From an uncultured Bacilli bacterium (GTDB lineage: Bacteria > Bacillota_I > Bacilli_A > RF39 > UBA660): a stretch of DNA of 64,000 bases. Below the pieces are notes generated by a model. That model searched no databases, was not told the origin of the DNA, and worked only from the letters and a program-made list of their open reading frames with translations. The translations under genes were made by a program, and so were the position numbers. Positions 41,136 through 50,386 of the stretch are shown piece by piece. Position 1 is the stretch's first letter; every line of letters starts with the position of its first letter. The stretch is from NCBI GenBank assembly GCA_910579535.1, contig CAJTUR010000001.1, positions 26,587-90,586 of the forward strand. The letters are read 5' to 3'.

Positions 41136-41567
41136 ATGAAAACATTCATGCAAAGAAAAGAAGATATTGAACGTAAGTGGTATGTTATTGATGCTGAAGG
41201 AAAGAATTTAGGTCGAATTGCTACTAAAGCTGCAACTGTTTTAAGAGGTAAACATAAAGTTACTTATACACCACATGTTGATTGTGGAGATTATGTAATT
41301 GTTATTAATGCTTCTAAGGTTAATTTAACAGGAAATAAGTTAAACGATAAGATGTATTATAATCATAGTGGATACCCAGGAGGTCTTAGAGAAAGAAATG
41401 CTAAGACAATGATTGAGAGTTATCCAGAAGAAATGTTGGAAAGAGCAATTAAAGGAATGCTTCCTCATGGAAGACTTGGAAGAGCCATGGGTAAGAAGTT
41501 GTTTGTTTATAAAGATACTAATCATAAACATGAAGCTCAAAAACCAATAGAAATGAAAGTTGATTAG
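41136..41567 (+). CDS. rplM: 50S ribosomal protein L13
   Basis: [30 protein letters not shown] is near-identical in pattern to E. coli L13. Confidence 0.95.
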   Translation: MKTFMQRKEDIERKWYVIDAEGKNLGRIATKAATVLRGKHKVTYTPHVDCGDYVIVINASKVNLTGNKLNDKMYYNHSGYPGGLRERNAKTMIESYPEEMLERAIKGMLPHGRLGRAMGKKLFVYKDTNHKHEAQKPIEMKVD

Positions 41568-41576
41568 GAGGGTATT

Positions 41577-41999
41577 ATGGCTACAAAAAAACAATGTTGG
41601 TCTGCAACAGGACGTAGAAAACGTTCTAGTGCACAAGTAAGATTAACAAGTGGTACAGGAATTATTACTGTTAATGGCGTAGATGTTAATGAATATATGC
41701 CTTATCAAACACTTGTTATGGATTTAAAACAACCTTTAACTATGACAAACAATGAAAATAAATTTGATGTTGAAGTTACAGTTAAGGGCGGTGGCTTTTC
41801 AGGACAGACTGGAGCTATTCGTTTAGGTATTACTAGAGCTTTAGTCCTATTTGATGCTAATTCTGATCAATCAAGCGATGATTCTTATCGTAAAATCTTA
41901 AAAACAGCTGGATTTGTTACTAGAGATCCAAGAGTTAAAGAACGTAAAAAACCAGGTCTTAAAAAAGCACGTAGAGCACCACAATTTAGTAAACGTTAA
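41577..41999 (+). CDS. rpsI: 30S ribosomal protein S9
   Basis: [14 protein letters not shown] and C-terminal [12 protein letters not shown]. Confidence 0.95.
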   Translation: MATKKQCWSATGRRKRSSAQVRLTSGTGIITVNGVDVNEYMPYQTLVMDLKQPLTMTNNENKFDVEVTVKGGGFSGQTGAIRLGITRALVLFDANSDQSSDDSYRKILKTAGFVTRDPRVKERKKPGLKKARRAPQFSKR

Positions 42000-42014
42000 T
42001 CTATTTTCTTTAAA

Positions 42015-42040
42015 CCTCATAATTTCTTTATGGGGTTTTT
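42015..42040 (+). terminator. Intrinsic terminator of rplM-rpsI
   Basis: CCTCATAA/TTATGGGG hairpin followed by T5. Confidence 0.6.
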
Positions 42041-42175
42041 ATTTGTAATAATCTTTAATAAATTTAAGAAATAAAAAATGATTAATTCTTAGAAATGGTT
42101 TTTTTTGAAGAATGTTTTAGATGAAGTGACCTAAATTTTATTTTTTCATAAAATATTTTGAGGAGGAAATCTAAA

Positions 42176-42220
42176 ATGGCAAAAAAAATTGTAATTGATC
42201 CAGGACATGGAGGATACTGA
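42176..42220 (+). pseudogene. 5' fragment (13 codons + stop) of a CwlC-like sporulation N-acetylmuramoyl-L-alanine amidase, cut by element insertion (attL side)
   Basis: RBS GAGGAGG then MAKKIVIDPGHGG-Y-stop. B. subtilis CwlC begins MVKIFIDPGHGGSDPGA. The reading frame resumes at 53408 with TDPGTIANGITEKD.. Confidence 0.6.
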
Positions 42221-42269
42221 AAAATCCAAAAATAAAAGAATGGCTATAAAGTAAGTAAATACAAGGAAA

Positions 42270-42300
42270 TTAAGGTACTTTGGTAGGAAAGTATCTTTTT
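42270..42300 (+). repeat. 31-bp direct repeat copy A (TTAAGGTACTTTGGTAGGAAAGTATCTTTTT), terminator-like hairpin
   Basis: Copy B at 42680-42710 differs by 1 nt; the two flank the tRNA. Confidence 0.8.
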
Positions 42301-42339
42301 TATAGAAAATAATAAAAAAATATTGTATAATACGAATAT

Positions 42340-42410
42340 GGGGATATAGTTTAATGGTAGAATAGTAATCTCCAAAATTAAAGATGTGGGTTCGATTCCC
42401 ATTATCTCCA
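42340..42410 (+). tRNA. tRNA-Trp (anticodon CCA) carried on the element
   Basis: Cloverleaf folds; GGGGATA/TATCTCC acceptor, GTTTAATGGTAGAAT D-arm, anticodon loop CTCCAAA, TGGGTTCGATTCCCA T-arm. Closely parallels B. subtilis tRNA-Trp (GTTTAACGGTAGAAC..CTCCAAA..TGGGTTCGATTCC); one G:A mismatch at the top of the anticodon stem; no encoded CCA end. Confidence 0.8.
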
Positions 42411-42679
42411 TTTTTATTAAACTAGCAATTCTCGATTCCTTGGTGTCTATAGCAACACTAGTTTTGCCTATGAGTATTTCCATTATAATTGTTATGATAA
42501 ATCTTATCATAAAGCTATTAGTTGAAAAGAAAGAGGGTACTATGATAACAATAAAAGGTGTAAACTGCAGTGTTTATGTAGGTAACCTATATGTTGGTTG
42601 TTATTGTAAAGGATAGAGTTTTGTATAGATTTGCAGTTGAGGTGTGAATCCTCTTACCTACACCATTTTTGGGTATTAA

Positions 42680-42710
42680 TTAAGGTACTTTGATAGGAAA
42701 GTATCTTTTT
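42680..42710 (+). repeat. 31-bp direct repeat copy B (TTAAGGTACTTTGATAGGAAAGTATCTTTTT)
   Basis: See copy A. Confidence 0.8.
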
Positions 42711-42744
42711 TGATGGTATAATATTTAATGATTTGGTGAAAAAT

Positions 42745-43746
42745 ATGTATTTAGATGAAGATAAAATAAAAGATTATAATTTTTTGATGTTATGTAATAA
42801 CTATATCGTTAGTATTTTGGAACGAGCTGATTTAAAAAAATGGTCTGAAGAGAAGATAGATTTCAAAGATAAGGATAAAAAGAAACTTGATTCAAATAAG
42901 TATGATATTTTCTATTTTAGAAATCATGGATATGCTACAGTAATAAATAAAAGTCTATATAAGCATATAATTTTTTCATTAATTTCTGATTATAATATCT
43001 ATGTTAAAGATGCAATTGATTGTTGTTTAAAAGGTCATTTTAGTGTAGCATATACTCTTTTAAGGAAACCATTTAAGGATGATTTGTTTATGATAGAATT
43101 ATTTTATGTTTCTGGCTATAGAATAATTTCTAAGTTTGCAAATAGTTCTATAGAAAATTTTAGAATTGAGAGTTATTCTGAAAATGAAAAGAAAAAAGTA
43201 TTAAGAAAGGTTTGTAAAAAGATAAATTTTTTTACTGCTAAAAAATTATACGACTTACGATATTCATCTAACTCATATGAAGGGTTAGAAAAATTTTGGA
43301 ATAAAGCTATACACATAGTAACGAGTAGAAAAAATTATAAAACTGAAGATGCTAATTTCAATATGATATTTTATGATGATAATGTTGTAGCTGAGCAGAT
43401 TACCTATATCTACAAAGTATTATGTTCTATTCAATTATATTTTATTGTTCTCATCTCAAACATTTTGTTAGAAGAACAATTAATAACTGAAAATGAGTAT
43501 AATTTTAATATTAACAATTTGTTTTATGCTTTTTGCATTACTTTAGACAATTATAATTTAACATCTGAACAAAAAGATTCTTTAATATATGTATGCAAAT
43601 ATTGTGGTTGCCAAAATATATTTAATCATGAACAATTTATGAATAATTATAATAAAGGAATTTTTAAGAGAAAATGCGGTAAGTGCAATAAGACTTATGA
43701 AATAAGAAAATTTGATTTCTATGATTTTAAGGATAAAGTTAATTGA
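42745..43746 (+). CDS. Hypothetical protein with a C-terminal Cys4 zinc-ribbon (CKYCGC..CGKC)
   Basis: ATG 42745 with a GGTGA RBS (the track starts at TTG 42733); no family recognised. Confidence 0.5.
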   Translation: MYLDEDKIKDYNFLMLCNNYIVSILERADLKKWSEEKIDFKDKDKKKLDSNKYDIFYFRNHGYATVINKSLYKHIIFSLISDYNIYVKDAIDCCLKGHFSVAYTLLRKPFKDDLFMIELFYVSGYRIISKFANSSIENFRIESYSENEKKKVLRKVCKKINFFTAKKLYDLRYSSNSYEGLEKFWNKAIHIVTSRKNYKTEDANFNMIFYDDNVVAEQITYIYKVLCSIQLYFIVLISNILLEEQLITENEYNFNINNLFYAFCITLDNYNLTSEQKDSLIYVCKYCGCQNIFNHEQFMNNYNKGIFKRKCGKCNKTYEIRKFDFYDFKDKVN

Positions 43747-43756
43747 AAACTATTAG

Positions 43757-43786
43757 GAGATACTTGAAGAAAGTATCTTTTATTAT
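43757..43786 (+). terminator. Hairpin AGATACTTgaagaAAGTATCT + T4 (terminator and possible oriT-type inverted repeat upstream of the relaxase gene)
   Basis: Perfect 8-bp stem; shares the AAAGTATCTTTT arm with the 31-bp repeats. Confidence 0.5.
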
Positions 43787-43816
43787 GCAAATTTAAGAAA
43801 GCGAGGAATGATATGT

Positions 43817-45097
43817 ATGAATTATGGAATATTTAGAAGTCAACCAATAATGACTATAAATGATTTAGCACAAATAGGATCACACAATAAACGAGATAAA
43901 AAAGCCTATAAAAGTAATCCAAATATTAAATTAGAATTAACTAAAAATAATATAGAATTAGTACCCTTATCAGAAAAGTATGTTAAGGGTTTTAAATTGC
44001 TTGTAAAAGATTATGAAAAAGAACACAATGAACGAATGAAAACTGAACGACCTGAAAGAAAAAAGACCTTTAATGAAATGTTAAATAAATCTAAAAGTGT
44101 TGTAGCTGATGAACTCATGTTTACTGCAACCCATAAATTCTTTGATAATATGAGTAATGATGAAATAATGAGATGGGCTGATACTTGTATGGATTTTGTT
44201 TACAACGATTTAGGTTATAAGAAAGAACAGATATTACACGCAACAATACACATGGATGAACTAACACCTCATATTCATTGTGTAGTTGTACCACTTGTTA
44301 AAAAGTTAGATAAAAGAACAAATATTGAAAGATTAACTATTTCTAAAAAGCAATATATTAGAGATAATATTCATTTATCAGAATTACAAGATATTTATAA
44401 TTTAAGATTAAGAGAAAATGGTTTCGAACTAGAACGAGGTATTAAGGGTAGTAATAGAAAACATGAAAAAGTAAAAGAGTTTAAGAAAACAACTAGATAT
44501 TATGAAGATAAGGTAACCACTATCAATAAAAGTCTTGATAATGCTATGAATGAATTTGAAGAAAAAATGAAAACTACTAAAAATACTTTAATAGATAAAG
44601 AATATGTAAAAGTACGAAAAGATACTTTTGATAGTATGAAAAATGTAATAAAAGAAACTAAAAAGATTATGGAATTTCAACCCAAAATGGAGCAATTATT
44701 TAATGAGGTAAATACTTTTAGCAAAAGTCATCAAACATTAGAAAAAGAAAATGCAAATTTACAACGAGAAGTAAAAGCACTTACTACTAGAAATCAAAAC
44801 TTAACGAAAGAGAATAACCATCTTAAAGACTATTTAAAAGCCATTTTGGAGGCAATAAAGCACTTTTTTAGGGAATTACTACAAATTGGTAATGAACCTA
44901 CAAAAGAAGTCACTACAACTGAAATAAAAGACTATTTTGATAACAACGACTTTGATATGAATGATGTTGTTGAAATATCAAGAGGAACTACCAAAGAAGA
45001 TGAATTATTTGATTATGTAAAAGCACCTAGTTATTTAAAAACTAATAAAAAAGCTTATAACAATAAAGACAAGGAGGATTATGAGTTATCTTTATAG
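43817..45097 (+). CDS. MobV-family relaxase (Mob/Pre plasmid recombination enzyme)
   Basis: N-terminal MNYGIFRSQPI..HNKRD (compare MobM MSYMVARMQKM..HNER) and the metal-binding HATIHMDELTPHIHCVVVP (MobM SVHLDESTPHMHMGVVP); long coiled-coil C-half. Confidence 0.8.
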   Translation: MNYGIFRSQPIMTINDLAQIGSHNKRDKKAYKSNPNIKLELTKNNIELVPLSEKYVKGFKLLVKDYEKEHNERMKTERPERKKTFNEMLNKSKSVVADELMFTATHKFFDNMSNDEIMRWADTCMDFVYNDLGYKKEQILHATIHMDELTPHIHCVVVPLVKKLDKRTNIERLTISKKQYIRDNIHLSELQDIYNLRLRENGFELERGIKGSNRKHEKVKEFKKTTRYYEDKVTTINKSLDNAMNEFEEKMKTTKNTLIDKEYVKVRKDTFDSMKNVIKETKKIMEFQPKMEQLFNEVNTFSKSHQTLEKENANLQREVKALTTRNQNLTKENNHLKDYLKAILEAIKHFFRELLQIGNEPTKEVTTTEIKDYFDNNDFDMNDVVEISRGTTKEDELFDYVKAPSYLKTNKKAYNNKDKEDYELSL

Positions 45098-45398
45098 CAA
45101 AACTTACAAAATCCGAAATTTGACAAGATAGTGTAAATGTGATAAAATTTAGTTGATTTTTGAAAAGGAGAGATTGTTATGTTAAAAATTAATAATATAG
45201 TTAGACAACATCATCATAATAATCTGCACTTGTTAATACGACATTAAAATTTGATCGTAGGCACAAGTGCTATTTGTGGTGCTTGTTGCCTGTATTAAAT
45301 ATAGAAATGAACTATACAGGTAAATAAAATCTGTATAGTTTTTATTTTAGGTAATTAGCATCACTTAAAAAATATTATATGAAAGAGAGATGCTAATT

Positions 45399-46874
45399 AT
45401 GGAAAGAAATATTATGATAGCTGGAAGCTATCCAACGATTATCACTAGTGGAGGAAATCCAAGAGTGAATAAAGATTTAATTGATAATATATTTTTAAGA
45501 AAATATGTATCTTTATTAGGAGAGTTATTAAAAGTAAAAGGAAATTTAAGTGATATTAAAATTGCATATATTGGTGGATATTCAAAAGAAGATAACATTA
45601 GTAGAGCAAAGCTATATATTAGTGCATATAACTATTATTTAAATTGTTTAGGATATGAATCATTAAGCAAAACCAATTTAACAGTAATTGATACTGATAA
45701 CATTGATGAGGTATCAGAAAATATTGAACAATGTGATTTATTATTTTTAGGAATTGGTGCTGATAGTAAATTTGCTAGTATTCTTTATGCATTAGAATCA
45801 AAAGGAATTAAATTTAATGAATTAATAAATAATAAAAATATACTAATTTCTTCAATTTGCTCAGGGAGTGTAATGTCAGCAGAAAGAATATATGGAGGAA
45901 AGTATGACAATTATTACTATGGGAAAGATCCATACGAATATCCTTTAAATATTAGGTCACTAAGTATTAATCCTATTACCATGGAAACCGATTTTTGTCC
46001 TAATGATGCTACACTACAAAAAAATGAAATATTTGTTGAAAACTATTTGAAACCAGATAGTAATAAATGTGTATTCTTTGCTTGCAAGCCTAATAGTTTG
46101 TTTTTAATAGGTGAAGATAAAATATATTCATATGGAGAAATGTATTTGTTTGTTGATGGTGAATGTTTACAAATTGAAAATGAACTTGAGAAAGCAGATG
46201 TAACTGAGTTAGTTGCATTGGTTAATGAGTATAATAAAGTAAAGAATAAAAGTAATATACTTAATAATGAGATGTTAACAGTCATTAAAAGTAAAGTTCA
46301 ATCATTAGTAAAAATGAAAATTGAAGTTGAACTAAAATCAGAGAAAGAAAATATTGTTAATGAATTTGTTCAAAAAGAAGTTGTAAAGGATGAACAAAAT
46401 AAAATGCGAGTAAATGAGTGGAAGCAAGCTTTAAAATCAAAATTAAATTATCTATTTAGTGAAGAAAATCTTGGAAATTTTGCAACAGACTTAGAATTAC
46501 AAGAAAGATATAAAAGATTAAATGAAAATATTGTAGAAAGCTATAATGTTGGTAGATCTAAAGATTATTTAGAAGAGTTATATTTGAAAATGAATTTAGT
46601 TAGTTTAATTAAGGTGTCTTATATTGATTATCAAGGTTACTATTCAGATTTTAAAGGTGATTTATACGATTTGCTTTGTGAATATATCTCAGTTAATAAT
46701 AGACTTGTCTATTATTCGATAGATACATGTGGTTGTTTATTTTCTAACAGAGAATTAAAGAAAATATTAAATGTTATAAAAATCGAAAATATAAAAAGAC
46801 CACAACAATTTATAAATTCTACTGAACAACAATTAAAACTTTTTAGAAGGGAGATTAAATATGAAAGAAGTTAG
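45399..46874 (+). CDS. Two-domain protein: N-terminal class I glutamine-amidotransferase-like / peptidase S51-like domain, C-terminal unknown
   Basis: Nucleophile-elbow-like SSICSGSV after a beta-strand DLLFLGIGAD; first gene of a three-gene operon overlapping the next gene by 14 nt; the track start 45390 has no RBS spacing, ATG 45399 preferred. Confidence 0.5.
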   Translation: MERNIMIAGSYPTIITSGGNPRVNKDLIDNIFLRKYVSLLGELLKVKGNLSDIKIAYIGGYSKEDNISRAKLYISAYNYYLNCLGYESLSKTNLTVIDTDNIDEVSENIEQCDLLFLGIGADSKFASILYALESKGIKFNELINNKNILISSICSGSVMSAERIYGGKYDNYYYGKDPYEYPLNIRSLSINPITMETDFCPNDATLQKNEIFVENYLKPDSNKCVFFACKPNSLFLIGEDKIYSYGEMYLFVDGECLQIENELEKADVTELVALVNEYNKVKNKSNILNNEMLTVIKSKVQSLVKMKIEVELKSEKENIVNEFVQKEVVKDEQNKMRVNEWKQALKSKLNYLFSEENLGNFATDLELQERYKRLNENIVESYNVGRSKDYLEELYLKMNLVSLIKVSYIDYQGYYSDFKGDLYDLLCEYISVNNRLVYYSIDTCGCLFSNRELKKILNVIKIENIKRPQQFINSTEQQLKLFRREIKYERS

Positions 46875-47823
46875 ATTAATAGCTCCATCAATGAGTTTAT
46901 CCGAAAACGATAAAGCCAAAATATTAAATGCTGAAAAATATTTCAAAAGTTTAGGATATTCATTAACAGTAGGAAAATACATTTTTGATAAAGATACTTA
47001 TTTTGGATGCTCTAGTATAAAAAATAGAGTTGAAGATTTAATGAATGCATTTTTAGATAAAAATGTGGAAATAATCGTGTGTGCAGATGGAGGCTATAAT
47101 GTAAATCAAATACTTCCATATCTGGATTATAAGATTATCAAACAGAATCCTAAAATAATTATTGGCTATTCTGATATTACAGCATTATTAATTGCAATTA
47201 TGAAGAAAACAAATTTAACTACATACTATGGACCGATGTTAAGTGGTTTTAGTTCTGATAATGAATATACTCTACAATATTTTGAGAAAATATTAAAAAA
47301 TAAGGATTTTATGATTCATTCATCAAAGGTAATATATGACTATAAAAAAGTAAATAATAAAATGGAAAAAGCTACTTTAAAAAATGATGGTATGATACCA
47401 ATCCAAAATGGTGAATCTTTTGGAAAAATTATTGGTGGTAATTTATGCACTATCAACTTATTGCAAGGCACAGAATATATGCCCAATTTAAATGATAGTA
47501 TATTGTTTCTTGAAGATGATGCTGATGATTTTGGAAATGATGTATTTTTATTAGAATTTGATAGAAACTTAGAATCATTATTACAATTACCTAATTGCAA
47601 AATAAAAGGAATTGTTTTTGGCAGATTCCAGTTATGTAGTAATATGACTATTGATAAGTTAAAAACTATCATTAAAAATAAGAAAAAGTTAAAAGATGTT
47701 CCGATTGTATGTGGAGCTGATTTTGGACATACAAATCCAATGTTTACAATTCCAATAGGTGCATATTGTAACTTGCAGATAAAGAATAATGATATAGAAA
47801 TAAAAATAGAAATGGGGAAATGA
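46861..47823 (+). CDS. Peptidase S66 LD-carboxypeptidase / MccF-like (microcin C7 self-immunity peptidase family)
   Basis: IAPSMSL N-terminus, GYSDITALL (nucleophilic Ser in GxSD), later GHT motif (ADFGHTNP), the S66 Ser-His-Glu architecture. Confidence 0.75.
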   Translation: MKEVRLIAPSMSLSENDKAKILNAEKYFKSLGYSLTVGKYIFDKDTYFGCSSIKNRVEDLMNAFLDKNVEIIVCADGGYNVNQILPYLDYKIIKQNPKIIIGYSDITALLIAIMKKTNLTTYYGPMLSGFSSDNEYTLQYFEKILKNKDFMIHSSKVIYDYKKVNNKMEKATLKNDGMIPIQNGESFGKIIGGNLCTINLLQGTEYMPNLNDSILFLEDDADDFGNDVFLLEFDRNLESLLQLPNCKIKGIVFGRFQLCSNMTIDKLKTIIKNKKKLKDVPIVCGADFGHTNPMFTIPIGAYCNLQIKNNDIEIKIEMGK

Positions 47824-47824
47824 T

Positions 47825-49114
47825 ATGAAAATTCAAAATGTAAAAGGTGGCTATGATTTTTTACCTAAAGAACAAAGAATCAGAAATTATATAAATGATA
47901 CATTAAGAAAAATTTTTGAAGAGTATGGATATAATCCAATTGAAACTCCACTACTATGTTACTATGACATTTTAAGTGATAAGTATGATGAGGATAATGA
48001 TATATTAAATGAGATTTATAAATTAAGTGATCAAGGGGAAAGACAATTAGGATTAAGATACGATCTAACTGTACCTTTTGCAAAATTTATTGCATTAAAT
48101 AAAAATAAAATAAATATACCATTTAAACGCTATGAAATAGCAAAGGCTTTTAGAGATGGACCTATTAAGGTTGGAAGGGATAGAGAATTTACGCAATGTG
48201 ATGTTGATGTTGTTGGTTTATCTGGGCAAATGATAGAAGCTGAATTGATGACCTTATTTACTAGAGCATTTAAAGAATTAGGCATTGATATTATTATCAA
48301 ATATAATAGTAGAAATTTGATGAATGGTTTGATTCTAGAATGTGGTGTTGATGAAAATTTAGTTTCGCTAGTTACTACCAATATTGATAAGTTGGAAAAA
48401 ATAAGTAAAGATGAATTTAAAAATAATTTACTTAATATTGGATTAAAAACACAACAAATCGACTTACTTTTAGAGTATTTTAGCTTATCCTTATGTGAAT
48501 TAAATAATAAGTTTGAAACTACCAAAAATGAAAAAATTATTTTGGGATTAGATGAATTAAATCAATTAACAAGTTATTTAGAAGCACTAAATATTAATGA
48601 TTTATGCATATTTGCATCATCATTAGCAAGAGGACAAAATTATTATACAGGTAATGTATTTGAAGTATATGAAAAAAATGGAAAAATAACTTGTAGTATA
48701 GGTGCAGGTGGAAGATATGATAAAATGATTACTAATTTTATTGGTGATGGTAATGAATATCCAACAGTAGGAATAAGTTTTGGCTTATCATCAATTTATG
48801 AATTACTAAAAGATAAAGAAATGTTTGAAAATGAATCTAATGTAGACATTTATATAATTCCGATGGAAACAAATCTTGAAAGTTTAAAATTAGCAAATAA
48901 TTTAAGAGATTTAGGGTACAAAGTTGAAATACAAATGCAGAATAAAAAATTAAAGAAAAGTCTAGACTATGCTAATAGAGAAAATATTCCTTATGTAATT
49001 ATATTAGGAGAAGATGAATTATCTAAAGGAGAGATTGTTATTAAAAGTATGTTGAATAATAATGATATTGAGTTATCATTAAATGATTTAGAAAAAATAA
49101 AACAATTTATTTAA
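47825..49114 (+). CDS. hisS: Histidyl-tRNA synthetase, element-borne second copy (full length with anticodon-binding domain)
   Basis: KGGYDFLP N-terminus, class II motif 2 RYEIAKAFRDGPIKVGRDREFTQCDVDVVG, motif 3 GAGGRYDKM, C-terminal class II anticodon-binding domain; 429 aa. Confidence 0.85.
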   Translation: MKIQNVKGGYDFLPKEQRIRNYINDTLRKIFEEYGYNPIETPLLCYYDILSDKYDEDNDILNEIYKLSDQGERQLGLRYDLTVPFAKFIALNKNKINIPFKRYEIAKAFRDGPIKVGRDREFTQCDVDVVGLSGQMIEAELMTLFTRAFKELGIDIIIKYNSRNLMNGLILECGVDENLVSLVTTNIDKLEKISKDEFKNNLLNIGLKTQQIDLLLEYFSLSLCELNNKFETTKNEKIILGLDELNQLTSYLEALNINDLCIFASSLARGQNYYTGNVFEVYEKNGKITCSIGAGGRYDKMITNFIGDGNEYPTVGISFGLSSIYELLKDKEMFENESNVDIYIIPMETNLESLKLANNLRDLGYKVEIQMQNKKLKKSLDYANRENIPYVIILGEDELSKGEIVIKSMLNNNDIELSLNDLEKIKQFI

Positions 49115-49123
49115 TACTATGGA

Positions 49124-49171
49124 AAGCCGAAATCCAAAAGAAACTTCGTAACTAATGGATTTCGGTTTTAA
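49124..49171 (+). terminator. Terminator of the HisRS operon
   Basis: AAGCCGAAATCC/GGATTTCGGTTT stem followed by T4. Confidence 0.5.
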
Positions 49172-49434
49172 CTAACTTTTAGACAAGTTAGTAACACACT
49201 ACGATATTGGCAAGCCAATAACGATGTGTGCCAAGGGAATTTTCCCTTTGGAAACCCTAGAAGCAACTTATATTGCAAAGTTTCACAATGTAATATAGTT
49301 GCCTTTTTATTTCACTATCGCTACATAAAAAGAAAAAGATTATCGCTGCGTTCATTTGCTAAAGCAAACAAAACGCACCCCACCTTTTTATAAAAAAAAT
49401 AGTCTAATCGCTAATCTTACGAAAAGCGAAAAGA

Positions 49435-49881
49435 CTATTTTTTCTTATTGTATGTTTTCTCTAATAATCTTGCAGTATCTCTTTTGGCTACATATATAGC
49501 TAAGTAAGTTATAAGTTCATAAGTAATCATTACTACAAAGAAGATTATGATTACTATTGAATTATTTGTTAATCCCTTTTTTACATAATCTATAAATTGT
49601 ATTGTTAGATATATTATTCCAAAAACTACTGTTGATATAGTTGTTGAATCATCAAAAGATCGTTGTATCACTCTCGATTCTTCTTTATCAGCATTTAACC
49701 CTCTTACACTCCATCTACCTATTACCATTAACACCAATACCATTAGAAATGGAGTAATAACCCAATACAAATTATAGCCATAATCATTTTTCTGAAATAA
49801 AACTAATACTAAGCTTACTACCATAAAAATATTTAATAATATGATTCCAATATTTCTTATTATAATTTTACTTTTTTGCAT
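49435..49881 (-). CDS. Hypothetical 4-TM membrane protein co-transcribed with the XRE regulator
   Basis: Hydrophobic segments; overlaps the XRE gene by 14 nt. Confidence 0.5.
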   Translation of the reverse strand: MQKSKIIIRNIGIILLNIFMVVSLVLVLFQKNDYGYNLYWVITPFLMVLVLMVIGRWSVRGLNADKEESRVIQRSFDDSTTISTVVFGIIYLTIQFIDYVKKGLTNNSIVIIIFFVVMITYELITYLAIYVAKRDTARLLEKTYNKKK

Positions 49882-50371
49882 TTTTGTTTCTCTCCTTTAC
49901 TTTTAAACTTTGAATCAAAATAATAATTTCTTTAGAAGTATTGATTTGATATTCAGTATCTTCTATTGTATGTAGCAGTAATTCTCTTTCGCTTTCCAAT
50001 ATGTTTTTATTTTCTAAATTTTCTCTACAAGCATTAACAAGCTTTGTTGAATTTTCAATACTACCTAAAACATTGATTTCAGCCTCATTTAATTCATCTA
50101 ACTTCATTTTTTCATAATAAGCTTTGATAAATGGATTTAAAGAACTAACTTCCATGCCTAAACCTATTTTATACATCATCTCGTTATAATTAACATTTAT
50201 AAACTTACTTATCTTTCTTAATGTTTTAGGATTAGGTACTTCTCTTTCTCCTGATTCAATTTTAGATAATTCAGCATTACTAATGTTTGCTTCTTTAGCA
50301 AGTTGTCTTTGTGAGTAACCTGCTTTTTCTCGTGCTTCAGCGATTATTTCGCCGATTTTTTTTTCTTGCAT
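49868..50371 (-). CDS. XRE-family HTH transcriptional regulator (CI/ImmR-like), start at ATG 50371
   Basis: HTH GYSQRQLAKEANISNAELSKIESGER; RBS GAGGTG 7 nt upstream of 50371. Confidence 0.75.
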   Translation of the reverse strand: MQEKKIGEIIAEAREKAGYSQRQLAKEANISNAELSKIESGEREVPNPKTLRKISKFINVNYNEMMYKIGLGMEVSSLNPFIKAYYEKMKLDELNEAEINVLGSIENSTKLVNACRENLENKNILESERELLLHTIEDTEYQINTSKEIIILIQSLKVKERNKNAKK

Positions 50372-50386
50372 TGTAATACACCTCAC

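Noticed and set aside
41340-41636. 98-aa minus-strand ORF
   Set aside because: Antisense across rplM/rpsI.
42340-42410. Possibility that the element tRNA is tRNA-His matching the HisRS cargo
   Set aside because: Anticodon loop is CTCCAAA (anticodon CCA, Trp) and the whole molecule parallels Bacillus tRNA-Trp; no GTG anticodon and no extra 5' G.
42244-42616. ORFs 42244-42510 (minus) and 42386-42616 (plus)
   Set aside because: Both overlap the tRNA-Trp gene and its flanking direct repeats; hydrophobic nonsense translations.
46043-48525. Minus-strand ORFs 46043, 47340, 47880, 48130
   Set aside because: Antisense within the S51-like, MccF-like and HisRS genes.
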